From contig JANWWW010000003.1 of the NCBI GenBank assembly GCA_025055295.1, forward strand, positions 1-55,423: a DNA stretch of 55,423 bases. The letters are read 5' to 3'. Under the pieces are notes generated by a model, which had not been told where the DNA came from, ran no database searches, and was given only the letters and a program-made list of their open reading frames with translations. Below, piece by piece: positions 41,389 to 51,249 of the stretch; within the stretch, counting starts at the first letter, position 1; every line of letters begins with the position of its first letter. The stretch comes from Deltaproteobacteria bacterium. GTDB lineage: Bacteria > Bdellovibrionota_C > UBA2361 > JANWWW01. Made by a program: the position numbers and the translations under genes.

Positions 41389-43031
41389 AGCACCTTAAGA
41401 ATTTCAGACAATAAATCATCCGCTACGCTCAAAAGCCGGGCGCTATACTGATAGTACCGTTGAAATTGCGTTAAAAGAGCAAGTTCTTCGTCAGAATTAA
41501 CTCCCCGAACAGAGTCAAGTTGTTGCGAAAAAAAATTCATTCTGTTTAATGAAGATGTGTGATTTTCTTTGATTTCTCGCACTATTGTTCCAATTTCTGT
41601 CTGCGTCAACTCAACAAGATCGGTAGGCCTGCCAGAGTAAGTGAAGCCAGGAGCTGTAAAATTTGTTATTTGATAACGCAAATTTGCAATCTGGGAAGCT
41701 ATTCTTGAGTCCCCCGGAGCTCCAACTAATGACCCCGCAGTTGGGTCAAGATCTCGACTAAAAGCAAGATTATTCGGATCCGATACCAAAAAACGCAGGC
41801 GATCAGCTGTAGAGAAAACAGTCAAGGATCCCAGATCGTTTGGAAGACCGTCGTTGTTTGTATCGCTTAGGGTTACTCCCGTTAGCCCAAACAAGCCATA
41901 AACTCCGGGAGTAAAACCATTAAGATCGATCGACGATGGATCAAAGTAAGTAGTGCCTGGGTCCTCGTCTCCATTAAATGGAAGTGATGGGTCCCATCCG
42001 CGGTAAATTTGGTTCACAGTAGTTAAGAAAAATCGTGACAGTGCCTCGATTTTCCTTGCCACGGACACTATAATTCCGTCTACATTGAACGGATTTATGA
42101 TAGCTGGATCAGCGAGACCGCGGAAAGATAACAGACCACCGATGTCGCCTCCTGAATTCTTCAAAACTTCACTGACATCAACATGAGAATTGAAGCCAAG
42201 CTCAACGACCACGTAGCTTAAAGCAGATCCATCGAGGGCATAGGTTGTGTTGGTTGTAAAACTAGGATTTGTTAAAGCTTTAAGTTTCCAGCTCTCAGAT
42301 CCAGATACCAATGTTAACCCGTTTTTCAAACTGATGGTTACTGTGAAATCCGAGCCTTCAAAGAAATCATACTCGATATGTTTTGCTAGATCATTCAGAA
42401 GTTTATCCCTTTGATCCCTCAAATCAAGAGCGGATCCATGGCCGTTTTGGCTTTCAAATGCTTTGATTTTTGTGTTTAGTTCAGCAATTTGCTTGGTAAT
42501 GAGATTAACCTGATCGACTTTCTGCGAAATCAAACCGTTAGCGTCGCTTTGAAGCTTTGCCAGTGATTTGTAAAGCAATCTGATGTTTTCAGCAAGAAGT
42601 TGTCCCTTTTCGATAAAAGCTCTTCTTAAAGCAGGACTCGAAGGATTTGTTGAAATCTCCTGCGCGCTTTGAAAAAACTCCGTCAATCTGATTCCAAGTT
42701 GAGTTCCAAGCCCTTTTGCTCCAAAAAAATTATCGAGACTACTAATAAGTTCCATTTGCCCATTGAAAAAGTTATGGCGGGCAGTTTCACTTATCATATT
42801 GTTAAAAAAAAACTCATTCGTTATCCTGACAACTGATCCAATCTCCACCCCCGACCCTACCTGAATCTGACCCACGTTACTTTGAGAACCTGTCGTAATA
42901 TTGACTGTCCGTCTCGAGTATCCCGCGGTATCTGCATTGGCAATGTTGTTACTTACCACAGCAATCCTTGCCAGTTGAGCGCGAAGGCTTGAAAGGGACG
43001 AACCAAATATTCTGGCGGAAAAATTTGCCAT
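41385..43031 (-). CDS. flgK: flagellar hook-associated protein 1
   Basis: SNNIANADTAGYSRR, GSGV, DLRDQRD, GVNSDEE...FQRYYQYSAR. Confidence 0.94.
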   Translation of the reverse strand: MANFSARIFGSSLSSLRAQLARIAVVSNNIANADTAGYSRRTVNITTGSQSNVGQIQVGSGVEIGSVVRITNEFFFNNMISETARHNFFNGQMELISSLDNFFGAKGLGTQLGIRLTEFFQSAQEISTNPSSPALRRAFIEKGQLLAENIRLLYKSLAKLQSDANGLISQKVDQVNLITKQIAELNTKIKAFESQNGHGSALDLRDQRDKLLNDLAKHIEYDFFEGSDFTVTISLKNGLTLVSGSESWKLKALTNPSFTTNTTYALDGSALSYVVVELGFNSHVDVSEVLKNSGGDIGGLLSFRGLADPAIINPFNVDGIIVSVARKIEALSRFFLTTVNQIYRGWDPSLPFNGDEDPGTTYFDPSSIDLNGFTPGVYGLFGLTGVTLSDTNNDGLPNDLGSLTVFSTADRLRFLVSDPNNLAFSRDLDPTAGSLVGAPGDSRIASQIANLRYQITNFTAPGFTYSGRPTDLVELTQTEIGTIVREIKENHTSSLNRMNFFSQQLDSVRGVNSDEELALLTQFQRYYQYSARLLSVADDLLSEILKVL

Positions 43032-43056
43032 CTTTTGAAATTAACACCACTGACAA

Positions 43057-43072
43057 AGCAATCAGTGTGCCA
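43057..43072 (-). promoter_or_regulatory. sigma54 (-24/-12) promoter of the flgK operon
   Basis: Minus strand TGGCAC-ACTGA-TTGCT with exact GG-N10-GC spacing, 25 nt upstream of the flgK ATG. Confidence 0.85.
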
Positions 43073-43281
43073 GAACTGGGTGAGCTTGATTTAACGGATT
43101 TGCCGAAAGCCCTTCAAGGAGTAAATTCACTCTAAGGTAAAATCTTGGCGTACCATGTGGGAATTCGCTAAAGAGTGCCGTTTGTATGATTTTGCCAGCC
43201 ATCGGGTTAAATTTTGTTTCTGAAAAAATCCACTTGTTTTGATGTTTTTTTCGAACTGTGATATATTGAAATAATCAAATT

Positions 43282-43998
43282 ATGCCCAAAAGGAGTAAGC
43301 GGTACCAGAAGGAGTTAAGTTTTTTACACGAAAAATTTTCCGCGAAGGAAATGACGTCTGGCGTATCTGTCGAAGCAGCTTTAAAAGCATTAATTGAGGC
43401 ATGCTCGGTAAATTTTGACCCTACCGTTGATTTATCAGTAAATCTTGGCATAGATCCGAGAAAAGCTGAGCAGAATGTGCGAGGCTTTGCAGTGCTACCA
43501 GAAGGTCTGGGTCGTGAAGTAAAGGTAGCCGTTTTTGCCAGAGGTCCAAAAGCGGAAGAAGCGAAGCAGGCTGGGGCTGATTACGTCGGAGCGGAGGATC
43601 TTGTCGCTTTAATACAGGAGGGCAAAATTTTTTTTAACAGCGTCATTGCGACACCCGACTGTATGACCTTGGTAGCTAAAGTTGGCAAGATTTTGGGGCC
43701 TAAAGGGTTGATGCCCAACCCAAAAACCGGGACTGTGACAACTGATGTAGCTAATGCTGTCAAAGATGCAAAAGCGGGAAAAGTTGAATTTAAAAACGAC
43801 AAAGGCGGAACAATACATGTTCCTGTTGGTAAAGTGTCATTTGGACTGAGCAGACTGTTGTCAAATATCAAGGCAGTTACTTCTGCCATAAATCGTTCAA
43901 AACCTCAAACAATTAGGGGAAACTTCATAAAGAGCGCTTTCTTATCCCATTCTCAAGGCCCAAGTGTCAACATTAAAATTTCTGAGCTTACGTTGTAA
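43282..43998 (+). CDS. rplA: 50S ribosomal protein L1
   Basis: NLGIDPRK.EQNVRG, AGADYVG, LGPKGLMPNPKTGTVT, KAGKVEF, H.PVGKVSF. Confidence 0.97.
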   Translation: MPKRSKRYQKELSFLHEKFSAKEMTSGVSVEAALKALIEACSVNFDPTVDLSVNLGIDPRKAEQNVRGFAVLPEGLGREVKVAVFARGPKAEEAKQAGADYVGAEDLVALIQEGKIFFNSVIATPDCMTLVAKVGKILGPKGLMPNPKTGTVTTDVANAVKDAKAGKVEFKNDKGGTIHVPVGKVSFGLSRLLSNIKAVTSAINRSKPQTIRGNFIKSAFLSHSQGPSVNIKISELTL

Positions 43999-44093
43999 AA
44001 ACGGTTGCTGTTCACCAAGTAGTCTAGGTTCTTACTGTATCAAAACCGGTTTTATTACGATAAAAACTAAGTGATGAATTCTACACTCGAACA

Positions 44094-45587
44094 ATGAGCA
44101 CTGAGGCGGGCAAAGTGAAACTGTTTAATGACCTTTACGAAATAAAAGGCGTCATAGGGCGAGGGGAGTCTTCGGTAGTTTACAAAGCTATTGATGTATA
44201 CAACAACAATGCCGAGGTAGCGTTAAAGGTTTTAAATGTAAACGAAGCAGATCCAGATTTTTTAAAGCTAAAGCATCGGCTAAGGAACGAGGCTCTATGC
44301 ATGATCTCCACTAATAATAAATTCGTTGTTAAATTAATTGACTTCCAGGCAGTTGGATCGTTGTGTTATTTGGTTACTGAGTTCGCTCCGTATCTCGATC
44401 TTAAATTTTATGTCGAAACTTTAGGCAGGCCGCTTAAACCTTCCGAAGTAAAATTATTTCTTAAGCAGATCTTAATAGGTTTGGAACATGTCCACAGTTT
44501 AGGTGTTATACACCGGGATATCAGACCTGAAAATATTTTGGTTTTCTCGCCAAATTTGGTAAAACTTGGCGATTTTAGCAATGCGATAACTCAGGGAGAA
44601 GCTTTGCCACAGGAAGAGCTTTTGAAAGCTCAGGGTAGTTTACTATACATGCCTCCAGAAGTCATAACTGGGGGCCAGCCTTCTCCAAAGGGGGATTTAT
44701 ATTCCTTGGGTATTACTTTTCTTGAGCTTATGAGAGGTTCAAACCCATTTGAAAAAATACCCTTAATTCAGTCCTTGGCAGCTAGAGAAAGCCTTGCTCT
44801 TGATCCGCTTGAAGATATCCCCTTTGACCTTAGGTATACTTTGCGCTTGCTCATTCAGTTTGATCTATTATTCAGGCCAAAAACGGCCAAGGAGGCTCTT
44901 TCCTATTTAGAAAATCCGGAGCTAGCCGAAAATAAATGGAGAAACTTGGATGAGTTGCTAAAAAAATCTACCCCTCAAGACATGCATTATGAAAAACAAT
45001 ATGATCAGAAAACTATCGTATTATCGGAGGAAGAAATTATTGAAAGGATTAAACAAGCTGACAGCAATTCACCCAGAAAATCTCTATTAGACATTTTTAA
45101 AAATGCAAAAAACTGGTTCTCAAAAATTGCTTTTGTTGCCAATTTACGCAGGGTTAGTGAAACGAGAATTCTTTTGGTTTTACTTGCAGTTTCAGTGATT
45201 GCAACCGCAAGCTTTTTGTGGCTTAGCGGGAAGGAAAAGGTGGAAGCAAATCAGATTGAGATCGCAAAACAGTGGTTGCCAATATCAATGCTGGAAATTC
45301 CAGATGGCATTTACAAAGCAACATTTTCACGCGCCCTACCGGTTTTTGACTCCATAGAAGCTGTTATCGTAAAAAGCGACGGAAGAATGCATGTATCCTT
45401 TCTATTAGACGTAGCTATCACATCGAGTGCTCCTATGGGGGAAGGGTCTGTAATTCTGGACGCTATGACACAGCAACTAAGACTGTTTAACCCTAGGTCC
45501 AACAAAAATCACTTTATTTTAGAAACGGTTAATCTGGATAACAATCTAACGGGGTTACTTAAACTTGAATTACTTAAGCCTTTATGA
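44094..45587 (+). CDS. membrane-anchored Hanks-type Ser/Thr protein kinase
   Basis: IGRGESSVVY, VALK, NEA, HRDIRPEN, LGDFS, YMPPE, DLYSLG; one TM helix, then about 115 aa extracytoplasmic. Confidence 0.9.
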   Translation: MSTEAGKVKLFNDLYEIKGVIGRGESSVVYKAIDVYNNNAEVALKVLNVNEADPDFLKLKHRLRNEALCMISTNNKFVVKLIDFQAVGSLCYLVTEFAPYLDLKFYVETLGRPLKPSEVKLFLKQILIGLEHVHSLGVIHRDIRPENILVFSPNLVKLGDFSNAITQGEALPQEELLKAQGSLLYMPPEVITGGQPSPKGDLYSLGITFLELMRGSNPFEKIPLIQSLAARESLALDPLEDIPFDLRYTLRLLIQFDLLFRPKTAKEALSYLENPELAENKWRNLDELLKKSTPQDMHYEKQYDQKTIVLSEEEIIERIKQADSNSPRKSLLDIFKNAKNWFSKIAFVANLRRVSETRILLVLLAVSVIATASFLWLSGKEKVEANQIEIAKQWLPISMLEIPDGIYKATFSRALPVFDSIEAVIVKSDGRMHVSFLLDVAITSSAPMGEGSVILDAMTQQLRLFNPRSNKNHFILETVNLDNNLTGLLKLELLKPL

Positions 45588-46078
45588 AATTTCTTTTGCT
45601 TGCATTTTTAAGCTTAGGTTTATCACAAGTAAGAGACATTGTTCTAAGGACCAAGGAAAAAGGAATTCCATCTGTAGGAAAGGGCTTAGAGGTTGAAGCG
45701 CTTGTTGTAGCGGAAAAGAAAGACATAACACCTGTAAAGCTATTTATAGTCAGGGATAAAATTCCTTTCGAACTCACGGCAAAACTTGAAAGCGAAGATC
45801 CAAAGGGTCTAATCTACTCAGCCTTAGCTCCAGCTCCAGTCAAAGAAATGATAGTAATAGCTTACGTGCCAATCAGCGCAGAAAAAGCTATAAAGTCAAA
45901 ACCGCTCTTTATTAAAAGACCGTGTGTGCAGAAAACAGAACTTGAAAAAGAAGTAAGCTTAGATAGAATCCCTGTTGAAAATCTAATTGAATTAAATGAG
46001 GGACTAACATTTGATACGGAACTCTACCAAAACCTTATTAAACAAATTGAAACACTTGCGCGTGTTTTAGACCAATGA
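45584..46078 (+). CDS. exported hypothetical protein
   Basis: ATGA overlap with the kinase; 14-aa hydrophobic leader; beta-rich N-terminal part and helical C-terminal part. Confidence 0.75.
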   Translation: MKFLLLAFLSLGLSQVRDIVLRTKEKGIPSVGKGLEVEALVVAEKKDITPVKLFIVRDKIPFELTAKLESEDPKGLIYSALAPAPVKEMIVIAYVPISAEKAIKSKPLFIKRPCVQKTELEKEVSLDRIPVENLIELNEGLTFDTELYQNLIKQIETLARVLDQ

Positions 46079-46530
46079 AAGCAGCTCTGTTATTTCTGTT
46101 CGTTGTGCTGATTTCCGAAACACCCCCAATTTATGTGGTCAAACGAGGCAAACAACTTGAGATCCTCGAAACCCTCCCGCGTAAAAAAATTGATGGTTAT
46201 GTTGAAATAATTCAATCGGCCTATGGTTTGGAAGTATCCCCTTACAGGAAAATAAACTCCTCCAATATCCAAAAGTGTCCTATAAATCGGGATTTAAACA
46301 TGACACCGGAAGTTTACAACAACTTGGTTGAGCTGGCAAAAAAAAGACTCGAAAGGAGAAAGCTTCTCGACCAAAAATTGAGGCTTCTACTGACGGACGA
46401 TTTTATAAAAAAACTAAACTCTATAGAGCGAAAATACAATTTGAAATATCCAAATCCAATATCAAGAAGCATAGACGCTTTCGAACTTGCCAACCGTGTT
46501 GCTGTGATATTGGCTGTTTTGGCAAATTAG
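46075..46530 (+). CDS. exported hypothetical protein
   Basis: ATGA overlap with the previous gene; 14-aa hydrophobic leader. Confidence 0.75.
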   Translation: MKAALLFLFVVLISETPPIYVVKRGKQLEILETLPRKKIDGYVEIIQSAYGLEVSPYRKINSSNIQKCPINRDLNMTPEVYNNLVELAKKRLERRKLLDQKLRLLLTDDFIKKLNSIERKYNLKYPNPISRSIDAFELANRVAVILAVLAN

Positions 46531-46917
46531 AATCTAATTATCCGATCACTTTTCTAGGTCAAATTTGAAATGTTGAAAAAGATACGACAAAATTTCAAGA
46601 AAACAATTTCTTGCATAGCGCCAGCTCTTACTCTCTTTTCAGTGATGACCAAACTATTCGAGCGGATTTCTCTGACAAAAACCCTTAAAACAACATTTAT
46701 TATTTTAAAAAATAAGGCAAAGGGAAGCGGGATGCACCGTTGCAAACGCTCCTCTCGATCTATGAAACTCCTCAGGAAATAGCAGGTTTCCAACGAAATT
46801 TAATAAAAATTTCATTTTTGGCTTATTATAAGCACACATTTTCTATTATGATCTTTAAAGGTGAATTTTTTATTCTCTTACTCGAACTCGGATATTATAC
46901 TTTGAATAGCCGGTTAC

Positions 46918-47799
46918 GTGTTCAGCCAGCTGATTGTTAATTCCCTTGTTTCGGGAGGTCTTTACGCGACTCTAGGATTTGGTTTCTCGTTAATCTTAAA
47001 CGCAGTAAAAATTCTTCCATTCTTTTTCGGCGCTCTTGGCATTATATCCGCATATTCCTTGTATTGGCTTCTTGAACTTGGCAGGTTTTCGTTCATTACA
47101 TGTTTACTGTTAAGCGCCCTAGTCACAATTTGTTTTACCGTTAGTCTAAATCAGTTTTTGTTTAAGGTTTTTAGGCAGAAGAAGGCCTCAGAGTTCGTCA
47201 TGCTGGTTTTAGGGTTAGCGATAGGAATATTTTTGGAAAATCTACTCTTGATGCTATTCGGGCCTGATGTTAAGACCATACCTCTGCCATTTGAGAACCA
47301 AAATATTCAAATTTTTGGAGCGCACGTAACCTTCGTACAAATTTTGATTTTCGCTATTTCACTGCCGCTTCTGGTAGCATCAGTTTATCTTATTTATTTC
47401 ACTTATTTGGGTATAATCGTGCGATCTCTTATCGAAGAACCACAGACAGCAGAAATTCTTGGTGTAAACAAAGAGAGGGCTTTTTTTTTGATTTTTTTAG
47501 TTTGTGGTTTAATAGCCTTTCTGTCCGGGGTATTGTACGCCTTTGAGTACAATTTAGAACCCTTCGTGGGGGTTAATCTGACCATAAAAGCCTTTATCTC
47601 CGCAATCATAGGTGGCAAAGATGTTGTTCCGGCTTCAATCGCAGGAGGTTTTATCCTTGGGACAATAGAAAACGTGTCGACTTACTACTTGCCGGCCTCG
47701 TATAAAGACGGAGTTTCATTTATAGTTATGTTCATTTTCCTTCTTTTTCGGCCTAAAGGGATTTTTGGAACACGGCTAAGACAGGAAACGGCGGGATGA
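46918..47799 (+). CDS. livH: branched-chain amino acid ABC permease
   Basis: QLIVNSL..GGLYA..GFGFSLI, T.LG..VR...E.P.TAEILGVN, KAFISAIIGG, FLLFRPKGIFG. Confidence 0.9.
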   Translation: MFSQLIVNSLVSGGLYATLGFGFSLILNAVKILPFFFGALGIISAYSLYWLLELGRFSFITCLLLSALVTICFTVSLNQFLFKVFRQKKASEFVMLVLGLAIGIFLENLLLMLFGPDVKTIPLPFENQNIQIFGAHVTFVQILIFAISLPLLVASVYLIYFTYLGIIVRSLIEEPQTAEILGVNKERAFFLIFLVCGLIAFLSGVLYAFEYNLEPFVGVNLTIKAFISAIIGGKDVVPASIAGGFILGTIENVSTYYLPASYKDGVSFIVMFIFLLFRPKGIFGTRLRQETAG

Positions 47800-48677
47800 T
47801 CGAGGCGGAGCTTTTGAATTACATAATTCACATTTTAATAATTTTTTTTATTTTCACGTTTTTCAGCCTCTCTGCCACTATATCAATAGGACTCACCGGT
47901 CTTTTCAATTTATCTTTTCCGGGATTGGCATTGTTTTCCGCCTACTGTTCCGCGCTTTTGGCAATACATGGCCCTTTACCTTTTGAAATTTGTCTTTTTG
48001 CCTCCTCTGTCGCAAGCGCTATTATCGGTTATTTTTTGTCCGCCATATCCAATAGATTTAAAGGAGACTATTATGCGTTGGTGACATTCGGTTTCAATTA
48101 CGTTGTGTTAACCGTATGTCTCAACTGGGAAAGTCTGACTAACGGGGCATTAGGAATTACAAATATTCCTTTTGAAAGCCTTTTGATTAGTCCCATGACC
48201 CCTTTGAAAATTTTGACCGTATACGGTTGCTTATGTATTTTCTCGATATGGTTTTCGTTAAAACTTAAACGATCCCCTTTAGGCAGGTGTCTCATGGCAA
48301 TAAGGGATGATGAGGTTGCAATGATTTCGATTGGTAGAAATGTATTTCTCCTGAAAAATTTAAGTGCTTTTGTGTCTGGTTTTTTTTCTGGATCGGTAGG
48401 AGCTCTTTACGCTCACTATATTTCTTATATTGATCCATTTAGCGTTGGGTTACATGATCTGGTCTTCGTGCTTGCAAGCGTGTTTCTTGGTGGATTGGGT
48501 TCTCTAAAGGGTGCCGTGGCAGGGACTTTTATATTAACTTCAATTCCTGAACTGCTAAGGTTCCTAGAGATACCACCATCCGTTTTAGGGCCTTTGAGAC
48601 AAATGATTTATGCTGTCATACTTGTCATAATAATTTGGTTGAAACCAAAAGGCATTTTTGGTCGCGTGGTTGTTTAA
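47796..48677 (+). CDS. livM: branched-chain amino acid ABC permease
   Basis: GLTGLFNL, RFKGDYYALVTFGF, LTNGALGI, SPLGR..MAIRDDE, LGGLGS, PELLR, KPKGIFG. Confidence 0.92.
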   Translation: MIEAELLNYIIHILIIFFIFTFFSLSATISIGLTGLFNLSFPGLALFSAYCSALLAIHGPLPFEICLFASSVASAIIGYFLSAISNRFKGDYYALVTFGFNYVVLTVCLNWESLTNGALGITNIPFESLLISPMTPLKILTVYGCLCIFSIWFSLKLKRSPLGRCLMAIRDDEVAMISIGRNVFLLKNLSAFVSGFFSGSVGALYAHYISYIDPFSVGLHDLVFVLASVFLGGLGSLKGAVAGTFILTSIPELLRFLEIPPSVLGPLRQMIYAVILVIIIWLKPKGIFGRVVV

Positions 48678-48680
48678 GTC

Positions 48681-49439
48681 ATGGATGACATCCTTTTACG
48701 TATAAAAGGCCTGACTAAGCGCTTTGGAGGTGTTGTAGCATTGAATAACTTTAGTATTGAGATAAAAAAAGGACTAATCTATGGTTTAATTGGACCAAAT
48801 GGCGCTGGCAAAACAACCCTTTTTAACGTATTGTCAGGTTTTTTAGACCCTGACGAAGGACAAATACGCTTTTTGAATACCGACATTCTGAAACTAAAAC
48901 CTTTTGAAAGAGCTAATATTTTCTCTAGAAGCTTTCAGCTTACGCGAAATTTTCTCAACCTGACGGTGCAAGACAATCTTTTACTAAGTTTTCGATCAAA
49001 TTACGAGTCCATTTTATCTTTTATTTTCTTCAAATATGAAGAAGAGAAAGAGCTTCTAAAACAATCCTCCAGTTTTCTACGTGAACTGGATGTTAGTTTG
49101 GATTTCCGCGCATTAGCTCGAGATCTGTCCTATGGTCAAAGTAAGCTTTTGGAAATGGTTAGATGTGTCTTAAGACCGCATCAGATATTGCTTTTAGACG
49201 AACCCGTTGCTGGAGTGAACCCGGAAACAAGAAAAAAAATCAATCATATGCTTAAGTTACAGAAAGAGAAAGGTGATACAATAATACTCATCGAACATGA
49301 CATCAATTTTGTTATGACGTGTTCAGATTACGTGTTTGCCCTTGCCGAAGGAAAGCTAATTGCTCAAGGCTCCCCTCTCGAAGTCAGAAACAACCCACAA
49401 GTTCTTAAAAGCTACCTTGGAGAAACAGAATCAGTATAA
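48681..49439 (+). CDS. livG: branched-chain amino acid ABC ATPase
   Basis: KRFGGVVAL, GPNGAGKTTLFN, LSYGQ, LDEPVAG, IEHD, NPQV..SYLG. Confidence 0.92.
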   Translation: MDDILLRIKGLTKRFGGVVALNNFSIEIKKGLIYGLIGPNGAGKTTLFNVLSGFLDPDEGQIRFLNTDILKLKPFERANIFSRSFQLTRNFLNLTVQDNLLLSFRSNYESILSFIFFKYEEEKELLKQSSSFLRELDVSLDFRALARDLSYGQSKLLEMVRCVLRPHQILLLDEPVAGVNPETRKKINHMLKLQKEKGDTIILIEHDINFVMTCSDYVFALAEGKLIAQGSPLEVRNNPQVLKSYLGETESV

Positions 49440-49963
49440 AAAGTAAATTGACTTTAGGTCAAAAGTCGGCAAAAGACAGTGCTACCTGTACTTACTGACA
49501 GCAGCAAAAACTCGTCTTAGAATTATAGGTCAGTTTTTAAAAAAAACCAGTTTTCCCGCGAAGTTGAAGAAAATACTCAAAACAACCTATTCAGGATCTT
49601 TTTTGGCTGCTAGTTGTCAAAGCATGTTGTCCGACATGTATTTTAAGAGGTTATTTAAAGAATCCTGCCTCAAACTGACATCCTTCAAAAAATTTCTTAA
49701 GCCTCTCGAAAAATTTAAATTTCTTATCAAATTTGACAAAAAACCAAAAACAAGCTGTTAACAAATCATTGCGTTTTTTTTATCACCTTGTTTGAACACC
49801 GAATTTTCCGACAAGTTATTCATTTGTTTTCCATGAGAGCATTACAGACTTCCCTTGCGGACCCTTTTTTTCTTTTGACAATTTTTGGTAATTCTTAACA
49901 GAAAGTTATTTCAAGCTATTGAAAAAATGATACTCCCATTTGTGCGTGTCAATTTATTGGTGT

Positions 49964-50290
<327 letters not shown>

Positions 50291-50297
50291 TTATCAA

Positions 50298-50993
50298 CTA
50301 ATGGTCTTCATGCTCTAACGCTAAATACACGTACAGACAATTTAAAAAGTAAAAAACATATGCCTGAATAAAACTAACAAAAAGTCCCACAAAATAAAAC
50401 ACAAAAGCAACCGGAATAAATCCAAAAAGTAAACCAAAATCGCTCGTAACAAAAAGCTCTACGATTTTGTGGTCGACAGTTACCGCAATTACCAAACGCA
50501 AGGTCAAGCTGAAAAGCCTTAAGCAAATGCTAATTAGTTCAAAAATTAGAACAAAAGCGCCAATTATTTTGAAGGGTAAGCCCATGTCGAGCAACCCAGC
50601 TCCCATGTGTTTAAAATAATAAATACCATGTTCTTTGATACCATAGTAATTAAAATAGATGAATGACAATAAAGCTAATCCTAAAACTATAGCAGGATTC
50701 GTAGTGGGTGCAGGCATTCCTGGAATTAGCCCCACTAAGTTAAGAAAAAAAACTGCGAAAAACAAAAATATGAGGAAACTGCCGTGCTTCTCAAACAGCC
50801 GCCGACCTAAAATATCTTCTGTGGCTTCAATAAGCTTTGAGAGAACAAAGTCAATCAGTGTTGTTGCGGTGCTTGGGTTCTTTACCTTTGACGGAGAAAC
50901 TTTCCTGACCAAGTATCCGATATAAAAACCCATAACCGTCAAGGTCGCTAGCGCTACAATACTGTCATAAAAAAAAACGTCAATTGAAAACAT
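50298..50993 (-). CDS. atpB: F0 ATP synthase subunit a (divergent)
   Basis: NLVGLIPG..PTTN, ELIS..R..SLTLRL, IQAYVF; adjacent to atpE. Confidence 0.92.
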   Translation of the reverse strand: MFSIDVFFYDSIVALATLTVMGFYIGYLVRKVSPSKVKNPSTATTLIDFVLSKLIEATEDILGRRLFEKHGSFLIFLFFAVFFLNLVGLIPGMPAPTTNPAIVLGLALLSFIYFNYYGIKEHGIYYFKHMGAGLLDMGLPFKIIGAFVLIFELISICLRLFSLTLRLVIAVTVDHKIVELFVTSDFGLLFGFIPVAFVFYFVGLFVSFIQAYVFYFLNCLYVYLALEHEDH

Positions 50994-51000
50994 TTATAAA

Positions 51001-51029
51001 ACAATAACTTTTCAAAGGCTTATTGTCAA
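51001..51029 (-). promoter_or_regulatory. sigma70-type promoter, leaderless geometry, for atpB
   Basis: TTGACA (51029-24), 17 nt, TATTGT (51006-01), 7 nt, ATG 50993. Confidence 0.75.
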
Positions 51030-51249
51030 TCTAATCAGAATATCTCACTAGAAAGTTAAAGCCATTTGAAATATCAATTCTTTGACCGTCATTTTCCTTG
51101 TTTTATCAAGGACTTGTTTTGAGTCTAATTTTCTTTTCAATTTGATGTTGAGAAGATCGGCTAGTTAGTTAAAACTTAAATCTCACGCTCAAGGTTTAAA
51201 TCAAATAGGTTGCGAAAGTTAACTTGCTATTTTTCGCTTGACTCAACTT

